Positions 51,715-64,000 of a DNA stretch of 64,000 nucleotides are shown piece by piece (the first letter of the stretch is position 1; every line of letters starts with the position of its first letter). Both the position numbers and the translations under genes were made by a program. The stretch lies in assembly GCF_964204645.1 (NCBI RefSeq), contig NC_134025.1, positions 434,001 to 498,000 of the forward strand, read 5' to 3'. This stretch comes from Tubulanus polymorphus (lineage: Eukaryota; Animalia; Nemertea). The notes under the pieces are model-generated. The model did no database searches. It saw only the letters and a program-made list of their open reading frames with translations, and was not told the origin of the DNA.

Positions 51715-54712
51715 GTGTGATTCACGTCTTCAAAAAAAACCAGTTATAAAATCTGCTTTGTTTATTACATAATTCTGCTGAGAGTTATATATTTATATTA
51801 TATCTATGCATCTGAGAAATTGAATATAGATAGAAATATTGTCTTATATATTCCTCCTCCTTCTCAAATTATTTCTATTTTCGATTTATTGCAAGCCTTT
51901 TACACCAATAAAACCGAAATGAAAATCGATTGTTCTCACTTGCTCGAATGTGTACAGGATGTAAATACTTTATCTGTTGTTAGGTTTCTCATTAAGATTT
52001 AACGTGCAAACGATTATGTATGAATATTTTTAAAAGCACATGCTTCGATAATCATCTAATTCGTACCTACAAATCACCGGGGCCTTGTTTCATCCTCAAC
52101 CCGGTTATATTATAACGATGAGAAACCGTAGTAATATCTGACAAATTTCAAAATGTATACTTACTATTTTACCCGAACATCTATGAAACTCGACCCAGGT
52201 TCACGGTGATTGATGTCTGAATATGTGTGAGTAAATACTGTAGGAATTTGGAAGCATTTGTAAGTTTCCTTAAACCATCGATGTTGAACTTTCTTTAAAA
52301 GATTATTACAGTAAATTCACATTATCATGTTCCCCGCTGACAAAATATTTACAACTTTCCGACTCCACTTCATTTGGTGACGAGCCTACTGTATTCACAT
52401 AATATTTTTGAATTCGTTTTTGAATGTTGTAAACTGTTTATTCTCCTTCCCAACAAGAGACAGAAATAGTTTTGATAAGTTTGAATCTACTCAATTATTT
52501 TTACATGATAAACTTATTTCACAGGTTTAATATTTTTCTGGGTAGGAATTTACTTGGCATATTTGCGATAATATTTAAAATTATTTCTGCTTCCAGACAG
52601 AGTTGAATGCAGTTTATCGTGTAATGTACAAACATCAGTTTTAAAAATCTCTGCGCTCGCTCTATGTACAAAATAAATGTAAATATTCTACTGAAATATA
52701 AAGATATGTTGATCAGGTGAATTTAAGAAATTTCTGTAGACTATTATAAAGTATACATTTACAGTCGCATAAGTCGTCACTTGATAAGTCATCATTATTT
52801 TTTAGTCTCAATTTGTATTTCCAATTCATTTTACTAAGTGTAAGTCATCAATATAAAGATCATCTCAGCTACGAGACTTTACTGTACTGTATCTGAATAT
52901 CCAGAAATCTCTCTGATTAATCTTTGTAAGTAATGGCACAGAATATACAAATGTTTTTTGGAAAGAGTAATAAGCTGAAAGTTGTTGAGTATTGTCCATA
53001 AACAAATACATATGTAAATTATAGCAATAAGGTTCCTGAGTTTAAAACCAACCTGAAAATGGGAATTGAACAAATTTTACTTGCGTCAAATGATGTACAA
53101 AATGATGACACATTGAAATTCATGATCCAGTTCTATGATATTGGATTTCATTAGAATCTGCTCAAGTCGGTTCTTTCTCATTCATCCAACTTGTGTCATA
53201 TCCTTGTTGGATGTTAGGACCAGAAAACAATCAGATTTGATGGTTATCTGACTTGAGCGAGGTCTATTGTATACAAGTTTTATCTCCAATAGGTTTTACA
53301 TGCATGCAAATAAGATATTTTCAGATCTTCCAAATTTCATGTTCCTATCTGTATCTGTACAAACAGATTGTAAGTAAATGCCAGGAATTAAGTGTCTATT
53401 TGATTGTACAAGTTTAGCAGAGAATATTGTTTATTTCACTTCATGTTAATATTAAATATATTATTAAAATACTTGAAAATGAAAACATATTATACTAAAG
53501 GCTTAGTTTGTGCTGGGCTTGAATTATGCTGAAGCTACTTGTACGGATTGAAAGCTGTAGAAGAGCTTGGTTTGTAGCTTGGAGTAGTCAAATAATTACT
53601 CCATGTTCGTAAAGTTTACTTGTACTCCTTTTTGGACAAATTGAAGGAGTCAGGTCTAGGAAAGTAAGCAAAATACACATCACTTCTAGTGCATGAGTGG
53701 CATAAGTGAAATTGATCGATCCCGTAAGATCTGAGGAAACTGCCGACTGTTGTGTTAGCGGAATGTCGATTATTATCATCAATGGTCTGAAATTCTGGGG
53801 AAATAAATAAAATTCAATTTGCTTTGAATTCTTCCTGTGGCATGTGATTCTGCCGCTTTACCGAATGCTAATACATTCGCTGAGCAAATAGTTCTAGTAA
53901 AAGTGGCTTCAAAATCAATTTCATAAGAAGATTCACCTAAGATAAAGCTTTTGCGTAGATACAATAACTTATTCGCTACACATAGTTTTCGAATTATGTA
54001 TGGAATTCGACAAAAACAATATCTGTATTCCTCACATGCCACAGTAGAATGGAAAGGCTGTATTAGATATCAACCGTTCAGTGCTGCCCTTATGAATGAC
54101 GATAGCGGGATTTCTGTGAACTAAAACAGGTGGGTAGCATATGCGAATGCTGGATGATGATGAATTTCCTTCAGAAAACGGTGGCGCCTAATTCTAATTA
54201 ACTAGGGTCCGGTTTTATAGACTGGTTTTAATTTTAGTCAATGGTCTGAAAATTCTGGGGAAATAAAATTCAATTTGCTTTGAATTCTTCCTGTGGCATG
54301 TGATTCCGCCGCTTTACCGGATGCTAATACATACGCTGATCAAATAGTTCTAGTGAAAGTAGCTTCAAAATCACATTTCAAAGCAGTTTCTCCTTAAATA
54401 AAGCTTTCACATTGATAGCATTATTTATTTAAAACAAACTAGTGTTGAATGATGAATGAAATTAGCTTTATAAAAATAGCCGTGTTCCTCACATGCCACA
54501 GTATAATAATGAAACTGTATTAGATTTCAACCATTCAGCTAGTGCTGTCTTAGCTTTAAAAACTGGTCACTTCTTTAATCTCCTATTTCGGTTGTTATGG
54601 GATGTTAAATACTGCAATACTTCTTTTTGAAACTTGGAAAAAAACAAAAAAAATAGAATAGAAAAAAACAAAGTAGTTTATGAATATAATGATGTATTTA
54701 CAATGCGCTTCA

Positions 54713-55946
54713 TTAAGCTCTCAATTTATCACAAAATGATTCGACCTCTTTTACAACTGAATGAGGAGAATTCAGTCCCCCGAAGAACGTACAGATCAAT
54801 AATCCATATGGTAATTTACATACAATCAGTCCATCGTATCCGCCGACAACTGTAGCATACATACTGAAAAATACAACAGCAAAATAAACTCCACAACCCA
54901 GAGTTCCACCCCCACCCAGAGTTCCACCTCCACCAAGAGTTCCACCTCCACCCAGAGTTCCACCTCCACCCAGAGTTCCACCACGACACAGAGTTCCACC
55001 ACAACCCAGAGTTCCACCACGACACAGAGTTCCACCCCCACCCAGAGTTCCACCACGACACAGAGTTCCACCACGACACAGAGTTCCACCCCCACCCAGA
55101 ATTCCACCTCCACCCAGAGTTCCACCCCCACCCAGAGTTCCACCCCCACCCAGAGTTCCACCACGACACAGAGTTCCACCCCCACCCAGGGTTCCACCCC
55201 ACCCAGAGTTCCACCACGACACAGAGTTCCACCCCCACCCAGAGTTCCACCCCACCCAGAGTTCCACCACGACACAGAGTTCTACCCCCACCCAGAGTTC
55301 TACCCCCACCCAGAGTTCCACCCCCACCCAGAGTTCCACCCCCACCCAGAGTTCCACCACGACACAAAGTTCCACCACGACACAGAGTTCCACCACAACC
55401 CAGAGTTCCACCCCCACCCAGAGTTCCACCAAAGATTTTGATCGTTGCATTTTTACTATCATCTATCAATCTAAATTAATGAAACCTCACTATCTTACCT
55501 GCAATAGGTTTGTTTATAAACTTTATATTTCTGTTTATATAATCTATTATTCATCAGTGTACCAGTATAATTATAGTTTAATGAAATTTCAAAACCGTTC
55601 ATAAGAGCGGCATCAGGATCAGGGAATGCCCTCGAGAACAATGACCAATCATTCTGGAAAATAGACAATTCACACGTTATATATTTCGTCATAGATTAGT
55701 AAACAATTATTCTATAAAACTATAAGACTCAGATGTTACCTCAGTACCGGTATTGGAAAGAATCCCATATTCGTAAAGACAATGCCCGTGCGGAGATGTC
55801 AAACAAACACCATTCAGCAAACCTTTCTTTAAGAGCTTTTCTAAATAAAGTAATGAAGAGAAATCATTTAGGGGACTACCGTATTTCTATTATTCTAACG
55901 TGAATACAAAAAACTTTTTACCTGTAATATATTTATTCCAATTCAT
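54713..55946 (-). CDS. Divergent profilin-family protein (143 aa, 4 exons)
   Basis: Phase-compatible exons 55946-55922, 55840-55740, 55653-55499, 54863-54713 give MNWNKYITEKLLKKGLLNGVCLTSPHG..FSRAFPDPDAALMNGF..YKVYKQTYCSMYATVVGGYDGLIVCKLPYGLLICTF..VVKEVESFCDKLRA. Profilin-like N-terminal MxWxxY helix, size and C-terminal helix. Confidence 0.8.
54887..55430. repeat. 18-bp intronic minisatellite (~30 copies)
   Basis: CAGAGTTCCACC(C/A/T)C(C/G)AC(C/A) tandem in intron 3 of the profilin-like gene. Confidence 0.95.
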
Positions 55947-57056
55947 GTTACGGATCAATAGTGCTGCCATCTATAGTGATATACGAGAAGCTCATGTTTC
56001 AGTGATAAAATATATTAACGGCTTATCATGTAAAATAGCGCAGTCGTTGATGCCGTAAACACCGCGCATTGGACAGATATAAATCAGATAAACATTAGAA
56101 GTAACATCTACATAACTCAAAATACCAAAAAATTCCTGAATTTTATTAATTTTTGATCAATTATAATTTCATGGGCGCGGCCATCTTTAAAACAATCACG
56201 ATGCGCCCAGTATCAGCTATTACACTCTCCTCCGTATCATCCCTGTTCACTATCCCATACTTCCTGGGGATGTTCGAATAATTAGTTTAATTTGATGATG
56301 AATAACGCTGGTATTCAGTTGAATGATACGAGGTGCGGGTTGTTGAGGGTAAGGTGGTTGGGTACATCATGATCCGATCCGACGAGGAAGATGGAGACTC
56401 GCCATTCAAATTGATTTATCAACAAGGTAGATATTGAAGACGCTGACGGGTGTTGTTTTTTGAAAGGTAAGCCGGACTCAAGGATCCAGTTCCACAGTTG
56501 TGAGTTAAGATTTGACTCAGAGTTAACTCTAACATGTCTAACTCAGAACTGGGGAACTGGATCCTGAAGTGAATGACTGGTGATCAGTCAGGGTTGGCGA
56601 CACCTATTCACTAACTAACATTCATTCTCAGCAGACCCTCCTAACCAATCACACCAAACGCAGAAGACAAAATAAATAGAAAATAGAAATCCATTCATGT
56701 CATTCAATTTATTTTCCACAATAGCCATAGATACATAGAACAAGTTTGAATTGACAAATAAATTGATGTATATTCTCTCAAGTGTAGAGTATTAATGACA
56801 ATCACACTATGTGAAAACTGATGCCTATTTCAAGATTAATCTAAATCCAATCTTCAAAGATATAGAACGAGCCTAGTAGTCATAGGCCTAGTCAGTGACC
56901 TGTCTGTGGTTTAGTTCCACGATCGCATGTTTTCCCAATCGATATAGCCTAAGCCCAGATCCGATTTTAAAAGCTTACCACCAACGATTAGGTAATTTAC
57001 TAGCCGGCCCTACATCTGATGATTGGATTTATATAATTGATAATTCCAAAAACACT

Positions 57057-58823
57057 TCAAAATGATGGATTAAACTCGTAATTAAAAAGTATAAAATCAT
57101 CTTTATATTTTTTATGTATTTTATTTAGAAGTGTTTGCGGAATATCTTTGTAATAACTCTTCATTTTCTCAGATGAATAAGTGCGTGGATATACAGTTGT
57201 ATTCTTTAGTTTCGGATCTAATTTAAAATGATCTTGAACGAGTTCGAAATCATTTTCGATTGTACCTCCGTATTTACCTATGAAGTCATAGTTGATTTCA
57301 CAAGGATGACACATATTGTTGTATATATTCCAGTGATTATTATTTTTTGGAATACTATATTCTACAAACTCTTTAAACGAAGGTTTATATTCCTTTTGAT
57401 AATCTCGTTTGAAATATTTCGCTATTCCTTTTCGTAACCAAGGATTTTTCACTTTATCCAAATAAGCCGATAACAATCTCTCGAGAGGATGACGCACGAA
57501 TAGAAATTTGAAATAAGTCGATGTTATTTCCTTTTGTTCTTCTTTCGAAAAACTGCCGAGTGATTTGAAATATCGAGCAGCAATTGTATGGACATTTGGG
57601 GCATCGTGTCCTTTCACAATCGATAAACTATTCACTTTAAGTCTTCCGTTTGTAAACAGCATTATATTTTTCCAAACCGTTGTTCCAACTTTAGCGATCT
57701 TACAATATATTATTTTGTTTCTTTTGTCCACTACAAGATTTCTATAATTACCTGTAAATATAATTGATTTGTAATTCATTGAGTTCAGAGTTTTTGATAT
57801 TCTATCAAATTCTTGTGGAAGAATGAAATATCTTCATTTAAACTGTGGCACATTGTTTTCTGTAGCGTTAGGAGTACAACATAAGAATTTCCTCGAGTTC
57901 AGAATTATGATTATTGTTACTATCAGGGAAATAGAAGGTTTTCTACTTTTGTCAAATAGATGTTAGTTAAATTTGCCTAATAGGTTTACCGAGCCTGTTG
58001 ATCGGTTGATTAAATACCTGTTGGTTTTGTTGTAAGATTTTTGCACTGCTGTTTCAAGAAATCGAGTCTTTGTTTGTAAATCTTGTCCAAGGAATCTGCA
58101 GTGTTTTTGCTGTTAGAACTTTCTAAAGACGAAATCTGATGAAATTTTATCTGAAATCATCAATTTAGTTGTATTTTATTTTATGAATGAAATGTACATT
58201 TTTAAAAGCTACAGGAGCCAGTTCTACATTTTCGAGTTAATTTGATTCTCTATGGGGATTTACAGTAAACTCACCTGTGGTTGAAATTGGGACGATCATT
58301 ATTACTTACACTTAGCAGATTGAATAAGAAATACCATAAAACTCATTTGAGTTCTATGGAAATACATATTGTGACTCGTGAAGGCCTATTTAAACTTACT
58401 CTCACAACTGTGGAACTGGATCCTGAATTAATTACATTTTTAAACTCATATGAAATATTTTGGCAGTATCCCGGTGTCCTGGGGGTACAAGATTTTTTGT
58501 TGGGATACTATCAAATTATCCCAACAAGAAATTTCTGATTTCTCCATTAGAAGATGTTTGATCAAATTATTTCCTGCGTTTTCTTTGAAAATACTGAAAT
58601 CAGAGGCTGAAACTGGGACATCACGAAAAACGATGCTGCTCAATGCTGACACAATTTTGTCGAGCCTTGTTATGAAGTGCATGCTAGGTTTACTTTCAGT
58701 ACATACCTTACTAATAATAGTTTTCACATGTCCCGGTGATATATTTACATAGATACAAATCATAAGAAATAATCCTATAGAAATCCCTGCTGACAAATAA
58801 CAACATTTTTGACGAGGAATCAT
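57057..58823 (-). CDS. Golgi carbohydrate sulfotransferase (Sulfotransfer_2; CHST8-14/HNK-1ST-like)
   Basis: Exons 58823-58707 (type II signal anchor), 58150-58018 (stem), 57751-57057. 5'-PSB YCKIAKVGTTVWK, 3'-PB FLFVRHPLERLLSAY, NHW..CHPC.INYDFIGK, YKDDFILFNY. Confidence 0.92.
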
Positions 58824-59444
58824 GTTTAGTGTATAGTGTATAGAGTCGAGAGACAGTTCTGTCGTCACTGTCAAACTGTCTCTGTTAACTCAAATTCACA
58901 ACTGTTGTTACTTACTTCCACTTCATTAGCACAATCCAGAACGCAATCTGTAAAACTTCTATTTGAGCTATGATATAAAATTCCGCAAGTTTGAAATGTT
59001 TCGTTGAGCTAGTAGTTTATTCGACGTATTTCATTACTCCGGTTTTTGCGGTGTTACTGTGTTTCAGGCTGCCGGGTTCAGGGCACTTTTATTTGCAACT
59101 TTCTTTTTAAAAATCCCCTTCGAATGATTTTCAGTAATCGTTACTACCGGTACATGTGAATTATTACGTTCAGTATTGAGTTCCCTCGTCCACGTCGTTA
59201 TCCTAAGGGAAATCCTTACTGGAGAATGATATTCATTTTATCCCATCAGCAAACTTTTGATTTATCAAAAATCTTATAAAACTATCATCAAATATGTAAG
59301 AAGTGTCTTCAGGTAGTATTCATAAATAGTAGTTTGTAAATGATAATTTAACGTCTGGTCCTGTTTTTGTGCTCTGTGCAAATGTTATTTTCTGCGGATT
59401 ATTGTATTTGTAATATATTTATATATTTGCAGTGTGCAGTAGAG

Positions 59445-62400
59445 ATGGCTGCAGTACGTGTTGTGATGGTGATTATACCGATACTAATTAATACCGGATT
59501 AGTAATTAGTCAACAGCCTACGTTTATAACAATAGCGGGTGTTCTTAGTTCACGTGAACATCAGCAGATATTCCACGCAGCTGTAGAATTATTAAACAAC
59601 GAACGTCAAACTCTGAAAAATGAAATTCACTTTAATTCTACGTTTGAAATAATGAGTGAAAATCCGATTGTGTCAGCGATAGCTATTTGTGAACGCGTTC
59701 TACCGAAACATATTTACGCAGTTATAGCCAGTCATCCTCCGGGTGAATTTACTCAACCACCGGTATCTATATCTTATACTTGCGGTTTTTATCATATTCC
59801 TGTAATTGGAATAACAGCCAGAGACAGCGTCCTGTCTGACAAGGTACAGGTTTTGCTTCTCCGTTTAAACTATTTTTTAAAATCCATACAAATAATGCTA
59901 TGTCTGTAAGAAACTAGATTTCATTTTGTAAATAAAAATTTCTCAAATCTCTAAGAAATAATAAGTTGAGAATAGCTTGGTGCAATTTCTCAAATTTATA
60001 AGAAATAAATCTAGTGCAGATTCTTGTCGCGGAGAATTAGAAGATGAAATTAAAATTTGTACGAATATAAAAGATTAAAAACGAAATCTATTTATCGACA
60101 ATTAACTATATTCTACTGAAAATCAAAGAGATTTGTTTGAAAATGATTTTGTTTGTATTTAAGAATTTACATGGCTCATATTTACGCACAGTTCCGCCAT
60201 ATTCTCATCAAGCTAAAGTTTGGTTGGACATAGTACGACATTTCAAATGGAAGAAGGTTATTTTGATTCACGGTCAGGATCAGGAGGGACGAGCGATGGT
60301 AGCTTCATTTCAGAATAATATTCAACTCAGAGAACCGATTGTAAGTTCAATCTTTATCACCCTCCGAGAATCTGCCTCTAAAATTGATTTTTGGTAAAAC
60401 CAGTTCCTTATGTTTACACTATAGACGATTCTTTAATTTGCCGAGATATGCGACACTTGACTTGACAAAGGCAGATCAGTGAAGTCGTTGCAAAAATCTG
60501 AAACGGTTCTAATACGGTACTGTAAGAAAAGGCGCACTTTAGTCCAATATTCAAGAGGAGTCTTTGACTTTTCTTTTCAAAAGGGCACCTGTTGCCGGAA
60601 TCAACTTTTTTATCAATTGACCCTAAACATGTGGTAAGACCCTCAGATCCCTGAATCTTAGATCCCTGAATCTAAGACCCCTGACTGAATTTCATTTCAA
60701 TTAGTTGGAATGAATCAATCATTGAAAATGAACTTCTGTTAATAATGAGTTCAACTGTTGAACTGGAAGAGGGAATTGAAATTGTCCACAGATGTGGACA
60801 ATTCACAGATGTGAATTAATGTGGCATGAATTACATTTATGATTGGAACGAAGAACTGATGATGCTTTACAAATATGTGTCATATTGATTAGTAACTAGT
60901 TCAATGTATATGATGAACTGAATGATATCAACAGGTGTTTACAACAACCAGAACGCGGTTCATGAAACACGTTTAAAATGAGTGAGGTTCCATTTTGAAG
61001 CAATTGCTGCAAGTTTAAAGATCGATCCTCATCGTCTTTTGTTAGCCCTGTTCTGGTTGTTGGCCCGTTATGTATTCTTAGCACCATCATTGACCTGTTA
61101 ACCCTTTCCGTGCTGACTAATTAATACCCTATAATGCTGGAGAAAATTTGAAAATTCTAAAAAATTCCACCCTAGTGTGTTGAATAACGGGAATACCACT
61201 ATAGTGCGTCTACACCGCAGTGCGGTGTATCGTTAGTTACTAGTATTTCACTATGTTTGAAACTTTCTGCCATTTTTCAATAGAGATAATTACTAATTAC
61301 ACCAATACACTGCAGTGCGGTGTACTAGCAAAATCCATCACTGATTTATACACCGCACTGCGGTGTAGACGCACTGAAAGGGTTAAATTTATAAACTTTC
61401 TTAATGAACTGAAAATGTTCTCTGCTCAAGTCGGATGTTTTGATTTGAGAGTGCAGATATCTGACTGTAAAAGATGTGAGTTTTATTGAAATTTTGTGTA
61501 CACAACTTAATGGAAATAAAATCAAAATGCTTAAAATTCTGAGACGGATGGCGCAGAAGACTCCGCTCGAGTCAGATCTAACCGCTATTCAAACTATCTA
61601 AACTCGTGTCTCATTAATTATTAGTATAAATGATCGCTACGTAAATAGATAAAATGTATTGATATATATTTGCAGAGCAGTAAAACTATAGACTACGTTC
61701 CCGGTGCAGTCAGTTATACAGATATTCTAAAGAAAATCGCTTTAGACAGTACTATTATATACCTTCTCAGTGCTTCGTAAGTTTCTGCACCTGTTTATAT
61801 CATGTTGGAGATTTTATTACTCACAATGTTGAATTATTACAGTTAACCCTCTGGTTGTGGATTTTAGAAATACGCTTGCTTCAAACCAATAAACCAGTGA
61901 ATTCAGGGGCAGTTGGATCAACGATGGCTCATTATCTCATTAATTATTATAATTTACGAATCAAATTATAATTCAATATACTGGGTCCAGTTCCACAGTT
62001 CTGAGTTAAGATTTGACTCTGAGTTAACTCATCGAAAATGAACTAACTTTAACTCAGAGCTAACTCTTAACTCACAACTGTGGAACTGGCTCCTGATGTT
62101 TTGAAAAAAATTATTCCAGTCAATTGATGGGTAGTCATCACATAAATTGGGATAGGAAAATTTTTTTGTCATGCAGAGCAGGTGATAATTAGAGGCAATC
62201 AGTGGCAAGCGCGCGCGGTGTATTGTATTTTTTCTAAATGTTTTAATAGAAATGTCTTATTTAAAGAAAACAAGATGCAGAAACGATTTTCAAAGATACG
62301 TCTCGGTTGAATATGACTCAGGAAGGTTCAGTTTGGATTCTAACGGAACAAGCTATGAATGCGTCTAATATCCCTATCGGTTAGTTTCTGTCAGTGTACG

Positions 62401-64000
62401 GATAAGTCGTCACATAAGTCGTCATTTGGATAAGACGTCCCATTAGTGAAGTTGTATCTATTTTTAAGTTCCAATTTGTATTTCTAAATCAATTTACTAA
62501 GTGTAAGTCATCAGTTAAACGATCATTCTAACCAAAATGACTTCAGTGATTCTGATAGTAATTATTCGAAGTAAAGAAAGAAATTCTTTTCAGTTTTCAA
62601 TTATGATGAATTGATGTATGGAATGAAAGATGAATGTTATATTTGATATTTGATGATTTTAAAGGTGCGTTAGGATTGAAGTTACAACACGGTAAAAATG
62701 AAGAATATCACATCAAAGATAGCGTTAAAATCATCGGTAAAGCTTTTAATAAAGTTCTACAGAATAAGAATTTGACAGCGCCCCCTATTAGCTGCAATGA
62801 GAGCGTCACAGATTGGAAGAACAGCGGAGATATGTTATTGAAGTAAGTTTGTGATAACCACGATCACATGTGGACAATTTGACTGACCCTGAATCAGTTC
62901 CAAATAAAAATGAGACATATATCATTCACTAGTTACTAAAGTGCTATCGTAATGATATTGTGGCAAGTCAGGTGATTCTTTAGATACCACAAGCAACAGT
63001 TTGACCTGTTTTTAAATTTGGTACGGGCCAGGTTCGACGTTTGTCATCCCGCCAAATTTGGCCCCTGTCAAATAGGCACGAACCCATTTGAAATTGTAAA
63101 TGAATTAAAGTGGATGATGCATTTTTAGGCAGTTGCTGATGGAGAATGTTGAAGGTTTAACTGGCGAGGTGTCATTTACTGATTCCGGTGACAGACGCAA
63201 TCCAAAATATGACATCATTAATATTCATGAGAATGATCACGTGATAGTTGGACATTACGGTCAAAATCAGGTAATACCAGCAGCAGTACCAGGGGTCAGT
63301 TATAGAATTCAAATCTTCAGTTCTATTGTTAAACACCAGTCCAAGTTCAATCTAAACAACTTTAAGACCAGTCTGAGCTCATTTTAGTTTGATAGACAAT
63401 CTAACAACTTAACCCTTTCCGTGCTGACTAAGTAATACCCTATACTGCTGGAGAAAATGTGAAAATTTGGGAAAATTCCACCCTAGTGTGTTGAATAACA
63501 GGAATAGCACTACAATGCGTCTACACCACCGCAGTGCAGTGTATCATCAGGTTCTAATATTTCACTATGTTTGACGGGTGCTGTCATCTTTGTATAGAGA
63601 TAAAAACTAAAAACTAATTAAATCAATACACCACAGTGCGGTGTACTAGCAAAATCCATCACCCATTCATACACTGCACTGCGGTGTAGACACACTGAAA
63701 GGGTTAAGATCAGTTCAAACTCATTTTGGTTCTATAACCAATCTAACAACTTAAGACCAGTCTAAGCTCATTTGGTTCTATAATCAATCTAACAACTTAA
63801 GACCAGTCTAAGCTCATTTGGTTCTATAATCAATCTAACAACTTAAGACCAGTCTAAGCTCATTTGGTTCTATAACTAATCTAACAACTTAAGATCTGTG
63901 TGATTGTGTTTTCTAGGATGGTTGGTCTCAAGCACTCATTCTGAATGAGTCTATGATGATTTGGCCCGGAGGTCGGGTTTCTACTCCTGAAGGATACAAA
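59445..64000 (+). CDS. GRIN1: NMDA-type glutamate receptor subunit 1, 5' part (continues past window end)
   Basis: Exons 59445-59843, 60164-60340, ~61676-61776, ~62267-62379, ~62665-62842, ~63129-63270, ~63917->64000. Signal peptide; [48 protein letters not shown] (NR1 amino-terminal domain); GLTGEVSFTDSGDR; IWPGG. Confidence 0.95.
61102..61382. mobile_element. piggyBac-type MITE, copy 1
   Basis: TTAA|CCCTTTCCGTGC ... GCACTGAAAGGG|TTAA; internal palindromic TACACCGCAGTGCGGTGTA repeats. Confidence 0.9.
61982..62095. mobile_element. Short palindromic MITE family (further copies at ~15767-15880, ~47270-47400, ~56483-56565, ~58215-58425; partial copies at ~20400 and ~35918)
   Basis: Termini GG(A/G)TCCAGTTCCACAGTT ... 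AACTGTGGAACTGG(A/C)TCC recur across the window. Confidence 0.8.
63413..63703. mobile_element. piggyBac-type MITE, copy 2
   Basis: TTAA|CCCTTTCCGTGC ... ACACTGAAAGGG|TTAA; homologous to 61102-61382. Confidence 0.9.
63708..63895. repeat. 46-bp tandem repeat (~4 copies; further copy 5' of the piggyBac MITE)
   Basis: AATCTAACAACTTAAGACCAGTCTAAGCTCATTTGGTTCTATAATC tandem. Confidence 0.85.

Noticed and set aside
54816-55469. Gly-rich / WWNSG ORFs
   Set aside because: An 18-bp minisatellite in the profilin-like intron; only 54713-54863 is coding.
56295-56450. C/D box snoRNA (ATGATGA...CTGA)
   Set aside because: The boxes are ~150 nt apart with no terminal stem or recognisable guide.

Overview
AT-rich, gene-dense animal genomic DNA with short GT-AG introns. 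The gene content suggests a bilaterian invertebrate, possibly a lophotrochozoan; the species cannot be determined from the sequence. Positions 1-8 kb hold a mosaic of tandem satellites (alternating 153-bp and 159-bp arrays). At 8.5-10.3 kb there is a run of duplicated exon-intron-like modules with no continuous ORF. The genes that follow are: 3' exons of a cadherin-like membrane protein (+), two intronless paralogous class A GPCRs (-), MRPS18A (+), RSPH9 (-), KXD1 (+) followed 14 bp later by NUDT22 (+), BAZ1A/ACF1 (-), ATG14 (-), ITPK1 (+), a 4-exon profilin-like gene (-), a carbohydrate sulfotransferase (-) and the 5' part of the NMDA receptor subunit GRIN1 (+). Introns are loaded with minisatellites and MITEs. 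The strongest candidate for a novel system is the apparently bicistronic or splice-switched KXD1-NUDT22 unit. I assembled exon structures by hand from splice sites and reading-frame phase, and identified genes from remembered protein motifs, not database searches. There is no CRISPR array and no prokaryotic content.
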